Shown here in pieces: positions 9,892 to 19,360 of a stretch of 64,000 nt of DNA; position 1 is the first letter of the stretch, and each line of letters opens with the position of its first letter. Source of the stretch: an uncultured Candidatus Rokubacteria bacterium. Its GTDB lineage: Bacteria > Methylomirabilota > Methylomirabilia > Rokubacteriales > DASRDR01. The notes beneath the pieces were generated by a model. It saw only the letters and a list, made by a program, of their open reading frames with translations, was not told the DNA's origin and searched no databases. The stretch is taken from the NCBI GenBank assembly GCA_963805625.1, contig CAWDVE010000010.1, forward strand, positions 160,001 to 224,000, read 5' to 3'. The position numbers and the translations under genes are program-made.

Positions 9892-11223
9892 GTGGCTGAT
9901 CTCGCAGAACTCCGGCGCGCGGCGCGACGGATCTTCGACGCGGCGATCACCGCGGGGGATGCGAACCGCCTGACGCGGCAGGCGCTCTCCCGCGAGGGTT
10001 CGCGCCTCCGCATCGGGGACCGCGTTCTCGACCTCGCCCGCGTCCGCCGGGTCGTCGTCGTCGGTGCCGGCAAGGCCTCGGGGATGATGGCCGAGGCGGC
10101 GGAGGCGGTGCTTGACGGCGTCCTCGTCGAGGGGTTGGTCGCAGTGAAGAACAGTCTTGAGCCAAGCCCGCGGCGAGTCCGTGTTGTCGAAGCGTGGCAT
10201 CCCATCCCCGATGAGCGGGGCAGAGCCGCGGGAGAAGAGATCCTGCACCTCGCCAGCGACGCCGGACCTGACGACCTGGTCCTCTGCCTGATGTCGGGGG
10301 GCGGATCGGCACTCACGCCCGCGCCGGTCCTCGGAGTAAGCCTTGCCGAGAAGCAGGCCGTGACGCGTCTCCTCCTCGAGGCGGGGGCTACGATCAACGA
10401 GCTGAACGCGGTCCGAAAACACCTCTCGCGCCTCAAGGGAGGCCAGCTGGCGCGAGCGGCGCACCCGGCCCCGGTCGTCGCCCTCTTGCTGTCCGACGTG
10501 ATCGGCGACCCGCTGGACGTGATCGCCTCCGGGCCGACCGCGCCCGATCCGACCACCTACGACGACGCCCTGGCGGTGCTGGACCGCTTTGGGCTCCGCG
10601 TCCGGGTGCCGGTGGCGGTGCGGGCCCATCTCGAGGCCGGCGCGCGCGGCGAGGTGGCGGAGACGCCGAAGCCGGGCGACCCGGCGCTGGCCGGCGTCAC
10701 GAACGTGGTGATCGGGAACAACGGGCTCGTCGTCAACGCGGCGGTTGAGGAGGCGCGACGGCTCGGGTTCACGCCCTGCCTCTTGACTCGGTGCCTCCAG
10801 GGCGAGGCGCGTGAGGTGGCCGGCGTGTTCGCGGCCGTCCTCGACGAGATCGCGCGGAGCGGCTCGCCGGTTGGGCGGCCGGCCTGCCTGATCGCCGGAG
10901 GCGAGACCACCGTGACTGTCCGGGGACGTGGCACCGGAGGGCGGTGCCAGGAGTTCGCGCTGGCCCTCGTGCCCGGGCTGGCGGCCATGCGCGATGTCGT
11001 CGTCCTCGCAGCCGGGACGGACGGAAGCGACGGGCCGACGGACGCCGCCGGTGCCATTGTGGATCCCGTCACGCTCGAGCGGTCACGCGGGCAGGGACTC
11101 GACGTCCGACGAGCCCTGGCCGAGAACGACTCCCATACCATCTTCGCCGCGCTCGGAGACCTGGTGGTGACTGGGCCGACGGGGTCGAACCTGATGGACG
11201 TGTATCTCGGTGTCGTCGGCTAG
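9892..11223 (+). CDS. Glycerate 2-kinase (MOFRL/TtuD type)
   Basis: GAGKAS, SGGGSAL, RKHLSRLKGG, GGETTV, GTDGSDG, TGPTGSNLMD. Confidence 0.9.
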   Translation: MADLAELRRAARRIFDAAITAGDANRLTRQALSREGSRLRIGDRVLDLARVRRVVVVGAGKASGMMAEAAEAVLDGVLVEGLVAVKNSLEPSPRRVRVVEAWHPIPDERGRAAGEEILHLASDAGPDDLVLCLMSGGGSALTPAPVLGVSLAEKQAVTRLLLEAGATINELNAVRKHLSRLKGGQLARAAHPAPVVALLLSDVIGDPLDVIASGPTAPDPTTYDDALAVLDRFGLRVRVPVAVRAHLEAGARGEVAETPKPGDPALAGVTNVVIGNNGLVVNAAVEEARRLGFTPCLLTRCLQGEAREVAGVFAAVLDEIARSGSPVGRPACLIAGGETTVTVRGRGTGGRCQEFALALVPGLAAMRDVVVLAAGTDGSDGPTDAAGAIVDPVTLERSRGQGLDVRRALAENDSHTIFAALGDLVVTGPTGSNLMDVYLGVVG

Positions 11224-11371
11224 GCGCTGTTCGCCTCGGCCCCGACGCCCTACCGACCGCGAGCGCAATGCTGACGAATTGAGCGAAGCGGTGTGGGACC
11301 CTTGTACGGCGTGAACTTGCGCGGGTTGCCCACGTGTTATCCACCGCCACCGCACGGAAACGGTGGATGGT

Positions 11372-11400
11372 TTGACCTCCTTGCACCCTTTCGGTATCTT
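11372..11400 (+). promoter_or_regulatory. sigma70 promoter of rlmN operon
   Basis: TTGACC-17 bp-TATCTT, 9 nt before ATG. Confidence 0.65.
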
Positions 11401-11409
11401 GAGGGCGCC

Positions 11410-12432
11410 ATGTCCGCGACGAACCTGCTCGAATTGACTCCCGATGAGATCGTGACGCTCGTCGAGGGTCTCGGGCAGCCGGCGTACCGTGGGCGCCAGC
11501 TCGCCACCTGGGTCTACATGAAGGGTGTAGCCGACTTCGGCGCGATGAGCGACCTCCCGCGCGAGCTGCGCGACCAACTGTCCGCCCTGGCCGTCGTCTC
11601 GCCGCCTGACATCAGTGAGCGCCACGTCTCCCGAGACGGGAGCATCAAGCTCGGGCTCCGGCTCGGCGACGACCGGATGATCCAGTCGGTGGTGATGCCT
11701 GACGGCGACCGCCTGACGCTCTGCGTCTCGACCCAGGTCGGCTGCGGGTTCGGGTGCGCGTTCTGCCTCACCGGGACGATGGGACTCGTGCGGAACCTCA
11801 CCGCCGGCGAGATCGTCGGGCAGGTGTGGGCAGCGCGGGCCACTCTCGAGCCGGAGGCCCGGCTCACCCACGTCGTCTTCATGGGGATGGGCGAGCCTCT
11901 CGCCAACTATGCGGCGACGGTGAAGGCGCTGCGGATCCTCCTCGCGCCCCGCGGGTTCGGCTTCTCGCCGCGCCGCATTACCGTGTCCACGGTCGGCTTG
12001 GTGCAGGGCCTGGAACGCTTGGCCAAGGAGAACCTCCGTGTGAACCTGGCCATCTCGCTCCACGCCGCGACCGACGAGGTGCGGAGCGGTCTCATGCCCA
12101 TCAACCGCGGCTGGGGTCTCGACGATCTCCTGGCGGCATGCCGGCGGTTCCCCCTGCCGGTCCGCCAAAGGATGACGTTCGAGTATACGCTGCTGGACAA
12201 GGTCAACGACTCCGCGGAGGACGCCCAGCGGCTCGTGCGCCGGCTCCGCGGCCTGCGGGCCAAGGTCAACCTGATTCCGTTCAACGAGTGGCCCGGCGCC
12301 CGCTTCCGGCGGCCGCCGCCCGAGCGCATCCTGGCGTTTCAACGGGCGCTCCTCGACGCCGGCCTCACCGCCACGATCCGCTGGTCCAAGGGCGAGGACG
12401 TCGGCGCCGCGTGTGGCCAGCTCGCCTCCTAG
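11410..12432 (+). CDS. rlmN: 23S rRNA/tRNA adenine C2-methyltransferase, radical SAM
   Basis: CVSTQVGCGFGCAFC, MGMGEP, SLHA, AACGQL. Confidence 0.93.
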   Translation: MSATNLLELTPDEIVTLVEGLGQPAYRGRQLATWVYMKGVADFGAMSDLPRELRDQLSALAVVSPPDISERHVSRDGSIKLGLRLGDDRMIQSVVMPDGDRLTLCVSTQVGCGFGCAFCLTGTMGLVRNLTAGEIVGQVWAARATLEPEARLTHVVFMGMGEPLANYAATVKALRILLAPRGFGFSPRRITVSTVGLVQGLERLAKENLRVNLAISLHAATDEVRSGLMPINRGWGLDDLLAACRRFPLPVRQRMTFEYTLLDKVNDSAEDAQRLVRRLRGLRAKVNLIPFNEWPGARFRRPPPERILAFQRALLDAGLTATIRWSKGEDVGAACGQLAS

Positions 12433-12442
12433 CGGCGACGCC

Positions 12443-13822
12443 GTGACGTCCACGCCGGTCGCGGAGACACCGCCCCGGGGGAGCCAGCGTCGGGGCCTGG
12501 CTCCGGTGACCGTCGCGTTCGCGACGCTCGGGTGCAAACTGAACCAGTACGACACGTCGGAGGTCCAGGCGCTGCTGGAGGCCGGGGGATTCCGGACGGT
12601 ACCGTTCGAGACCCCGGCGCAGGTCTACGTCATCAACACCTGCACCGTAACGGCCCGGGCCGACTACTCCGATCGCCAGGCCATCCGCCGCGCCGTCGCG
12701 CGAAATCCCGAGGCGGTGGTCGTCGTCACCGGATGCTACGCCCAGACCAACCCGGGCGCGGTGGCGGCGATCCCCGGGGTGGATATGGTCCTCGGCACCC
12801 AGGATCGTCACGCCCTGCCGGCCCTCCTCGACCAGGTCCGGAAGCGCGCGCGCCCGCTCGTCCAGGTGAGCGACGTGTTCCTGGAGCGGGCGCTCCCGGT
12901 CATCCCGGTCCGACGATTCACGCCGGGCTACACGCGGGCCTTCGTGAAGGTCCAGGATGGCTGCCAGCACCGCTGTAGCTTCTGCATCGTGCCGTTCGCC
13001 CGGGGCGGGAGCCGGAGCCAGGCCGTCGAGGCCGTCGTCGAGCAGATCGAGGGGCTCGTGGGCGCCGGCTACGCGGAGGTCGTTCTCACCGGCGTGGACC
13101 TCGGCCACTACGGCTGGGACCTCAGCCCCCGGACGACGCTGGCGGCCCTGGTGCGGCGGCTCCTCGACGTCCGCGGGCTCACCCGGCTTCGCCTGTCATC
13201 CGTGCTGCCCGCCTACTTCACCGACGAGCTGGTCGAGCTGATCGCCGGCGAGCGCCGGGTCTGTCGCCACCTCCACGTGCCGCTCCAGTCCGGGTCCGAC
13301 CGGGTGCTCCGGGCGATGCGGCGACCGTACAACACCCGGATGTACCGCGCGCTGATCGAGCGTCTTGCGGGGGCGATCCCCGATCTCGGACTCGGGGCCG
13401 ACGTCATCACGGGGTTCCCCGGGGAGACGGATGCCGACTTCGACGCGACCGAGGCGCTCGTCGAGGCCCTGCCGTTCACCTATCTCCACGTCTTCTCGTA
13501 CTCGGACCGCCGGGGAACCGAGGCGGCCCGCGGACGGGCGCCCCGCGTGGCGCCCGAGACGATCCGGCAGCGTACGGCCCATCTCCGACGCCTCGGTGCT
13601 GCCAAGCAGCTCGGGTTCCGCCGGGCCCAGATCGGCCGCGAGCTTCCCCTGCTCGTCCTCGAGCACCGCGAGCGAGAGACGCGGCAGCTCGTCGGTCTCA
13701 CCGACAACTACCTGGAGCTTGTCTTCCACGGGCCCGACGCGCTCATGCGCGCGTTCGCGCGAGTCCGGGTGACCGGCCAGGACGGGGCGAGACTGGAAGG
13801 AACGCTCGTCAGCGATGGGTGA
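12443..13822 (+). CDS. mtaB: tRNA t6A37 methylthiotransferase
   Basis: TLGCKLNQY, NTCTVT, TGCYAQ, QDGCQHRCSFC, C-terminal TRAM-like domain; start approximate. Confidence 0.88.
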   Translation: MTSTPVAETPPRGSQRRGLAPVTVAFATLGCKLNQYDTSEVQALLEAGGFRTVPFETPAQVYVINTCTVTARADYSDRQAIRRAVARNPEAVVVVTGCYAQTNPGAVAAIPGVDMVLGTQDRHALPALLDQVRKRARPLVQVSDVFLERALPVIPVRRFTPGYTRAFVKVQDGCQHRCSFCIVPFARGGSRSQAVEAVVEQIEGLVGAGYAEVVLTGVDLGHYGWDLSPRTTLAALVRRLLDVRGLTRLRLSSVLPAYFTDELVELIAGERRVCRHLHVPLQSGSDRVLRAMRRPYNTRMYRALIERLAGAIPDLGLGADVITGFPGETDADFDATEALVEALPFTYLHVFSYSDRRGTEAARGRAPRVAPETIRQRTAHLRRLGAAKQLGFRRAQIGRELPLLVLEHRERETRQLVGLTDNYLELVFHGPDALMRAFARVRVTGQDGARLEGTLVSDG

Positions 13823-14783
13823 GCCGCGAGTCGGCATCATCGGGGGCAGTGGGCTCTACGAGCTGGAGGGCCTGACCGACGTCCGCTGGCACCGGGTGCG
13901 GACGCCCTTCGGCGATCCGTCAGATGCCTACTGCATCGGCCGCCTCGGCGACCGCGAGATCGTGTTCCTCCCGCGCCACGGGCGCGGTCACCGGCTGATC
14001 CCCTCGGAGCTGCCCTTCCGCGCGAATCTCTACGGGATGAAGGCGCTCGGCGTGGAGTGGGTCATTTCCGTGAGCGCGGTCGGCAGCATGCGCGAGCAGA
14101 TCGCGCCCCTCGACCTCGTCATTCCTGACCAGTTCTACGACCACACGAAGCGGCGCATCCCCTCGTTCTTCGAGGAGGGGATCGTGGCACACGTCTCGAT
14201 GGCGGAGCCGGTGTGCCCCGATCTTGCGGGTGCGCTGCAGGCGGCCTCTGCCGAGACCGGGGCGACCGTCCACCAGGGCGGCACGTATCTCTGCATCGAG
14301 GGCCCGCAGTTCTCGACGAAGGCGGAGTCCCGGATCTACCGGGACTGGGGCGTCGACGTCATCGGGATGACGAACGTCCCCGAGGTCAAGCTGGCGCGCG
14401 AGGCGGAGCTCTGCTACGCGACGCTCGCGCTCGTCACGGACTACGACGTCTGGCACGAGACCGAGGCCGAGGTGACGGTCGAGGCGGTCGTGGCGAACCT
14501 CATGAAGAATGTCGCCACTGCCAAGAACGTGCTGAGGCGCGTCATCCCGCGGCTCCATGGGCCTCGGACCTGCGCCTGTCCGGGGCTTCTCCGGAGCGCC
14601 GTGATCACGTCTCCGGCGGCGTTCCCCCCATTGGCCCGGCGGCGGCTGGACCTCCTGATCGGGAAGTACTTCCCGCCGACCCCGCCGGCGCCGACCGCGC
14701 GGCCGCGCCGCCCGGCGGCGCCACTCCGCACCCCTCGGCGCGGAGCCAAGAGTCCGAAGGACAGCGGAGCGCGCCGTGGCTGA
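13815..14783 (+). CDS. mtnP: S-methyl-5'-thioadenosine phosphorylase
   Basis: GIIGGSG, PRHGRGH, EGPQFSTKAES, GMT, TDYDVW. Confidence 0.92.
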   Translation: MGEPRVGIIGGSGLYELEGLTDVRWHRVRTPFGDPSDAYCIGRLGDREIVFLPRHGRGHRLIPSELPFRANLYGMKALGVEWVISVSAVGSMREQIAPLDLVIPDQFYDHTKRRIPSFFEEGIVAHVSMAEPVCPDLAGALQAASAETGATVHQGGTYLCIEGPQFSTKAESRIYRDWGVDVIGMTNVPEVKLAREAELCYATLALVTDYDVWHETEAEVTVEAVVANLMKNVATAKNVLRRVIPRLHGPRTCACPGLLRSAVITSPAAFPPLARRRLDLLIGKYFPPTPPAPTARPRRPAAPLRTPRRGAKSPKDSGARRG

Positions 14784-15684
14784 CCTCCTGGTCACGGGCA
14801 CGCTGGCCCTCGACGACGTCCGCACGCCCTTCGGCGAGGTCGCCGACGCGCTCGGCGGATCGGGCACGTTCTTCGCCTATGCCGCTTCCTTCTTCACGGA
14901 CGTCAAGCTCGTCGCCGTGGTGGGCCACGACTTTCCCAAGGAGCATCTGGAGCTCCTGGCCGGCCGCGGCGTGGACCTCACCGGCGTGCAGGTCACGGAC
15001 GGGGCGACCTTCCGCTGGACGGGGGAGTACGGCTACGATCTGAACGAGGCGAAGACGCTCGACACGCGCCTGGGGGTGCTCGCCGACTTCAAGCCCGAGC
15101 TGCCCGGGCACTTCCGCCGTTGCCCGTTCGTCTTCCTGGCCAACCTCGACCCGGTGATCCAGCTGGACGTGCTCCGGAGCATGGAGCGTCCGCGGTTGGC
15201 GGCGCTCGACACGATGAACTTCTGGATCAAAGGGAAGCCCGAGGCCCTCCGGGTGGTTCTGCGCGAAGTCGACGCGCTCCTGGTCAATGACACCGAGGCC
15301 CGGATGCTGGCGGGGGAGCCCAACCTGGTCAAGGCGGCGCGCGTGATTCTCGAATGGGGCCCCCGCGTCGTCGTGGTCAAGCGGGGCGAGTACGGCGCGC
15401 TCATGGTGACGCCGGAGCGCTTCTTTTTCGTCCCGGCGTATCCGCTCGAATCCGTGTTCGATCCCACCGGGGCAGGGGACACGTTTGCCGGCGGGTTCAT
15501 GGGCGTGCTAGCGGGCGGGGGGGCGACGGACGAGGCGGCGCTCCGGCGCGCCATCGTGTACGGCAGCGTGATCGCCTCGTTCACCGTCGAGGACTTCTCG
15601 CTGAACCGCCTCAAGCGCCTGACGCGGGCCGAGATCGAGGCGCGCTATCGCGCCTTCCGGGAGATGATGCAGGTTGAGCCCTGA
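14776..15684 (+). CDS. PfkB family sugar/nucleoside kinase
   Basis: LGGSG, DPTGAGDTFAGG. Confidence 0.9.
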   Translation: MADLLVTGTLALDDVRTPFGEVADALGGSGTFFAYAASFFTDVKLVAVVGHDFPKEHLELLAGRGVDLTGVQVTDGATFRWTGEYGYDLNEAKTLDTRLGVLADFKPELPGHFRRCPFVFLANLDPVIQLDVLRSMERPRLAALDTMNFWIKGKPEALRVVLREVDALLVNDTEARMLAGEPNLVKAARVILEWGPRVVVVKRGEYGALMVTPERFFFVPAYPLESVFDPTGAGDTFAGGFMGVLAGGGATDEAALRRAIVYGSVIASFTVEDFSLNRLKRLTRAEIEARYRAFREMMQVEP

Positions 15685-16558
15685 GGCTCCGAACGCCGAC
15701 CGCGCCCTGGCCGGGGTCGCCCCGGAGACCCGGGTCAAGTACGCCCGGTTGCTCGGCGGGCTGCGTGAGCTCGAGAGCCTCGCCGTCGCCTTCTCGGGCG
15801 GCGTGGATTCCACGCTCCTCGGATGGGCGGCGCGAGAGGCTCTGGGGCAGCGGGCCGTCCTGGTGACCGCCGACTCGGAGAGCTATGCCGAGGGCGAGCT
15901 CGAGGAAGCCCGTCAGCTCGCCGCTCGGATCGGTCTCCGTCACGTCGTCATCGAGACGCGGGAGCTCGACAATCCGGAGTACGCCGCCAACCCTCCAAAC
16001 CGGTGCTTCTTCTGCAAGGAGGAGCTCTTCTCGCGCCTCGAGCCGCTCGCCCGGGCTGAGGGCCTGCGCCACCTCGTCTACGGCGCGACCGTGGACGATC
16101 TCGGCGATCACCGCCCCGGGATGGTCGCGGCCCGCCAGCGCGGCGTCCGCGCGCCGCTGATCGACGCCGGGCTCGGGAAGGCTGAGATCCGGGATCTTTC
16201 CCGCGCGTTCGAGCTCCCGACCTGGGACAAGCCGGCGATGGCGTGCCTGTCCTCGCGCTTTCCTTACGGCACGCCGATCACCGCCGAGAAGCTCCGCCAG
16301 GTCGACCGCGCCGAGGCGGCCGTCCGGGCGCTCGGGTTCCGGAACTTCCGTGTGCGGCACCATGGAGAGATCGCCCGGCTTGAGATCGCGCGCGAGGAGA
16401 TGGGGCGCCTCTGGGAGGACGGGCGGGCCGATGCCCTGGCCGAGCGGCTCGGGGAGCTGGGATTCGTACACGTGACGCTCGACCTCCGGGGCTTCCGGTC
16501 GGGCAGCCTCAACGAGGCTCTCCTCAGGCTCCGCGCGCGCCGGGCGGGCGGGGGCTGA
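15674..16558 (+). CDS. larE: ATP-dependent sulfur transferase for nickel-pincer cofactor
   Basis: PP-loop SGGVDS, RCFFCK, DHRPG, ACLSSRFPYG, GFRSGSLN. Confidence 0.92.
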   Translation: MSPEAPNADRALAGVAPETRVKYARLLGGLRELESLAVAFSGGVDSTLLGWAAREALGQRAVLVTADSESYAEGELEEARQLAARIGLRHVVIETRELDNPEYAANPPNRCFFCKEELFSRLEPLARAEGLRHLVYGATVDDLGDHRPGMVAARQRGVRAPLIDAGLGKAEIRDLSRAFELPTWDKPAMACLSSRFPYGTPITAEKLRQVDRAEAAVRALGFRNFRVRHHGEIARLEIAREEMGRLWEDGRADALAERLGELGFVHVTLDLRGFRSGSLNEALLRLRARRAGGG

Positions 16559-16604
16559 CCCCGGTGCCCGTGACGTCCAGTTCGACCGTGGGTGCCACCG
16601 CCTG

Positions 16605-17363
16605 ATGGACCCGAACCGGCTGCGGGAGCTCCTGCTGGCAGTCCAGCAGGGAGGTGTCTCGCCGGACGAGGCGCTCGCCCGACTGCGGCGGCTCCCCTTC
16701 GAGGACCTGGGTTACGCACGTCTCGACACGCACCGGGCCCTCCGTGCGGGCGCGCCGGAGACCGTGTACTGCCCCGGCAAGTCGGCGGACCAGGTCGTCG
16801 CGATCCTCGCCCGGCTCGCCGAGTCCCACGCGAACGTCCTCGCCACCCGGGCCACGCCGGAGGTGCAGGCCCTCGCGGCCCAGGCCGGGCTCCGCATTGC
16901 CTGGCACCCCACCGCCCGCATCCTGGTCGCGAATCCCGAGGCATCCGAGGGTGTGGGGCTCATCGTCGTGGTCTCGGCGGGGACCTCCGATCTCGCCATC
17001 GCCGAGGAGGCGGCCGTGACCGCCGAGGTGCGCGGCAACCGGGTCGAGCGGGTCTACGACGCCGGCGTCGCCGGCCTCCACCGTCTTCTCGCCCAGCATC
17101 CGCTTCTCCTCGAGGCTAACGCCATCGTGGTCGTCGCGGGGATGGAAGGCGCGCTCGCGAGCGTCGTCGGCGGGCTGGTCGACCGGCCCGTGATCGCGGT
17201 GCCGACCAGTGTCGGCTACGGCGTCTCGGAGGGTGGCTTCGCCGCGCTCCTCACGATGCTGGCGACGTGCGTGCCCGGCATCGGGGTGGTGAATATCGAC
17301 AACGGCTTCGGAGCCGCCTGCCTCGCCGATCGGATCAACAAGCTCGCCGCCAAGATCCGGTAG
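16605..17363 (+). CDS. larB: Nickel-pincer cofactor biosynthesis carboxylase/hydrolase
   Basis: AGTSD, AGMEGALASVVGG, PTSVGYG, VVNIDNGFGAA. Confidence 0.93.
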   Translation: MDPNRLRELLLAVQQGGVSPDEALARLRRLPFEDLGYARLDTHRALRAGAPETVYCPGKSADQVVAILARLAESHANVLATRATPEVQALAAQAGLRIAWHPTARILVANPEASEGVGLIVVVSAGTSDLAIAEEAAVTAEVRGNRVERVYDAGVAGLHRLLAQHPLLLEANAIVVVAGMEGALASVVGGLVDRPVIAVPTSVGYGVSEGGFAALLTMLATCVPGIGVVNIDNGFGAACLADRINKLAAKIR

Positions 17364-17583
17364 GGGCCGCGTGCTCCCTTCCGGCGACTCGACGCCGTTC
17401 CGACCCCGTTTCCTGATCGGGGTCGTGCTCGTCTGGAGCCGGGAGGGTGCGGGCAGGGCGTCTGGCCACGGCGGGAATCCCCGCGCGGCTCCCGTGGCTC
17501 CTCGGGGCTCTCGTGGCGGTGTGGCTCCCCAGGGCCACGATCTCGCGGTTCCCCGCCCGGGCGCGGCTCCCGCCGACGGTTCC

Positions 17584-17592
17584 TGATACACT
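17584..17592 (+). promoter_or_regulatory. Extended -10 promoter upstream of ThDP enzyme-larC
   Basis: TGaTACACT about 70 nt before ATG. Confidence 0.5.
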
Positions 17593-17661
17593 ACCCGCGC
17601 GCCGCGAGGGCGGCGCCATAGGCCCCATAGTTCATTGTTGGCCCCGATTCGGAGGATCTCC

Positions 17662-19338
17662 ATGCCGCTCACGTCGGGCAAGCGCGCCTTCCTGGACGTT
17701 CTCAAGCAGGAGGGCGTCGAGTATCTGTTCGGGAACCCGGGGACGACCGAGCTCCCGCTCATGGACGGTCTCGTCGATGAGCCCGCGCTCACGTACGTGC
17801 TGGCCCTCCAGGAGGCGGCGGTCGTGGCGATGGCCGACGGGTACGCCCAGGCCTCGGGCAAGCTCGGAGTCATCAGCGTCCACGTGGCCCCCGGGCTCGG
17901 GAACGCACTCGGGATGCTCTACGACGCCCAGAAGGCGGGAGCGCCCCTGCTGGTGACCGCGGGCCAGCACGATCAGAGCTTCAACGTCACCGAGCCCATC
18001 CTCTGGGCCGACCTCCCTCCGATCGCGCGCCCCTTCGTGAAGTGGTCGGCGGAAGTGCGCCGCCTCGAGGACCTGCCGCGTCTCGTCCACCGCGCGGCGA
18101 AGACCGCGCTGGCTCCCCCGACCGGCCCGGTCTTCCTGTCGCTGCCGGCGGACGTCCTCCAGGCCGAGGGCGTTGTCGAGCTGGGGGCGCCCACGCGCGT
18201 CGCGCCTCGGATCCGCGGTGACCGCGCGGCGGTGGAGGCGGCCGCCGAGACCCTGGCGCGGGCGGAGCGTCCCTTGATCCTGGCGGGGGATGCCGTCGCA
18301 TACAGTGACGCCCACGCGGAGCTCGTGGCCGTGGCGGAAGCGCTCGGCGCGCCGGTCTACGCCGAGGGCGTGGCGAACACGGCGTCGTTCCCGTCGTCGC
18401 ATCCGCTGTTCCGGGGCCCGTTCCTTCGGGTGGCGCCTGCGGTGCGTCAGGTGCTGTCGGAGGCCGACGTGCTGTTCTCGGTCGGCGGCGACCTTCTGAC
18501 GCTCTCGCTCCCGTCCGACATCGACCCCATGCCGCCCGGACTCGAGGTGATCCACCTCGACACCGATCCCTGGGAGCTCGGGAAGAACTACCCCACGGGT
18601 GTGGCGATTCTCGGCGATCCGAAGGCGACGCTCCCCGATCTCCTTGCGGCGCTCGAGGCACGGATGACCCCCGCCCGGCGCCGGCAGGCACGCGAGCGAT
18701 TGGGGGCCACCCGCGTGGCCAAGACGCGCCACATGGAGGAGCTCCGAGCCCGGGCCCGGGCCGAGGCGCAGCGGATGCCGATGACGTCACTCGCCGCGAT
18801 CAGCGCGGTCGCCGACGCGCTCCCGCCCGACGCGGTCGTGGTGGATGAGTCGATCTCCTCGAGCGGAGGTCTTCGGACGCTCGTCCGGAGCGACGATCCG
18901 CGAAGCTTCTTCGGGCTCCGGGGCGGCGGGATCGGTTGGGGCTTGCCCGCCGCGCTCGGGGTGAAGCTCGCGCTCCCCGACCGGCCGGTCGTGGCCCTGA
19001 TCGGCGATGGGAGCGCCATGTACACCTGCCAGGCGCTCTGGACCGCGGCGCGCTATCGCCTCGGCGTCACGTTCGTGATCCTGAACAACGCCTCCTACCG
19101 CATCCTCAAGCAGCGGATCCATGCGATGAAGGGCTTCGCGGCCCAGGCCGACCAGTACATCGCCATGGATCTCGAGGACCCGCGCGTCGACTTCGTGCGC
19201 CTGGCCGAGTCACTCGGCGTGCGGGCCGAGCGAATCGAGAAGCCGCCCGACGTGGGACCGGCGCTCGGCCGGGCCCTTGCTACCTCCGGTCCAACGCTCC
19301 TCGAGGTGCAGCTCGACCGGAGCTTCAAGCCCGCGTGA
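17662..19338 (+). CDS. Thiamine diphosphate enzyme, benzoylformate decarboxylase-like
   Basis: FGNPGTTELP, LQE, GDGS..NN ThDP motif; SD GGAGG. Confidence 0.88.
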   Translation: MPLTSGKRAFLDVLKQEGVEYLFGNPGTTELPLMDGLVDEPALTYVLALQEAAVVAMADGYAQASGKLGVISVHVAPGLGNALGMLYDAQKAGAPLLVTAGQHDQSFNVTEPILWADLPPIARPFVKWSAEVRRLEDLPRLVHRAAKTALAPPTGPVFLSLPADVLQAEGVVELGAPTRVAPRIRGDRAAVEAAAETLARAERPLILAGDAVAYSDAHAELVAVAEALGAPVYAEGVANTASFPSSHPLFRGPFLRVAPAVRQVLSEADVLFSVGGDLLTLSLPSDIDPMPPGLEVIHLDTDPWELGKNYPTGVAILGDPKATLPDLLAALEARMTPARRRQARERLGATRVAKTRHMEELRARARAEAQRMPMTSLAAISAVADALPPDAVVVDESISSSGGLRTLVRSDDPRSFFGLRGGGIGWGLPAALGVKLALPDRPVVALIGDGSAMYTCQALWTAARYRLGVTFVILNNASYRILKQRIHAMKGFAAQADQYIAMDLEDPRVDFVRLAESLGVRAERIEKPPDVGPALGRALATSGPTLLEVQLDRSFKPA

Positions 19339-19360
19339 GAGGGCGCGGCCGGCTCGGCAC

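Noticed and set aside
11223-11410. Replication origin
   Set aside because: Only one good DnaA box, no AT-rich unwinding element, no dnaA/dnaN nearby
17364-17600. Small ORFs between larB and the ThDP gene
   Set aside because: No SD or motif; overlapping frames are equally weak and the region contains a probable promoter
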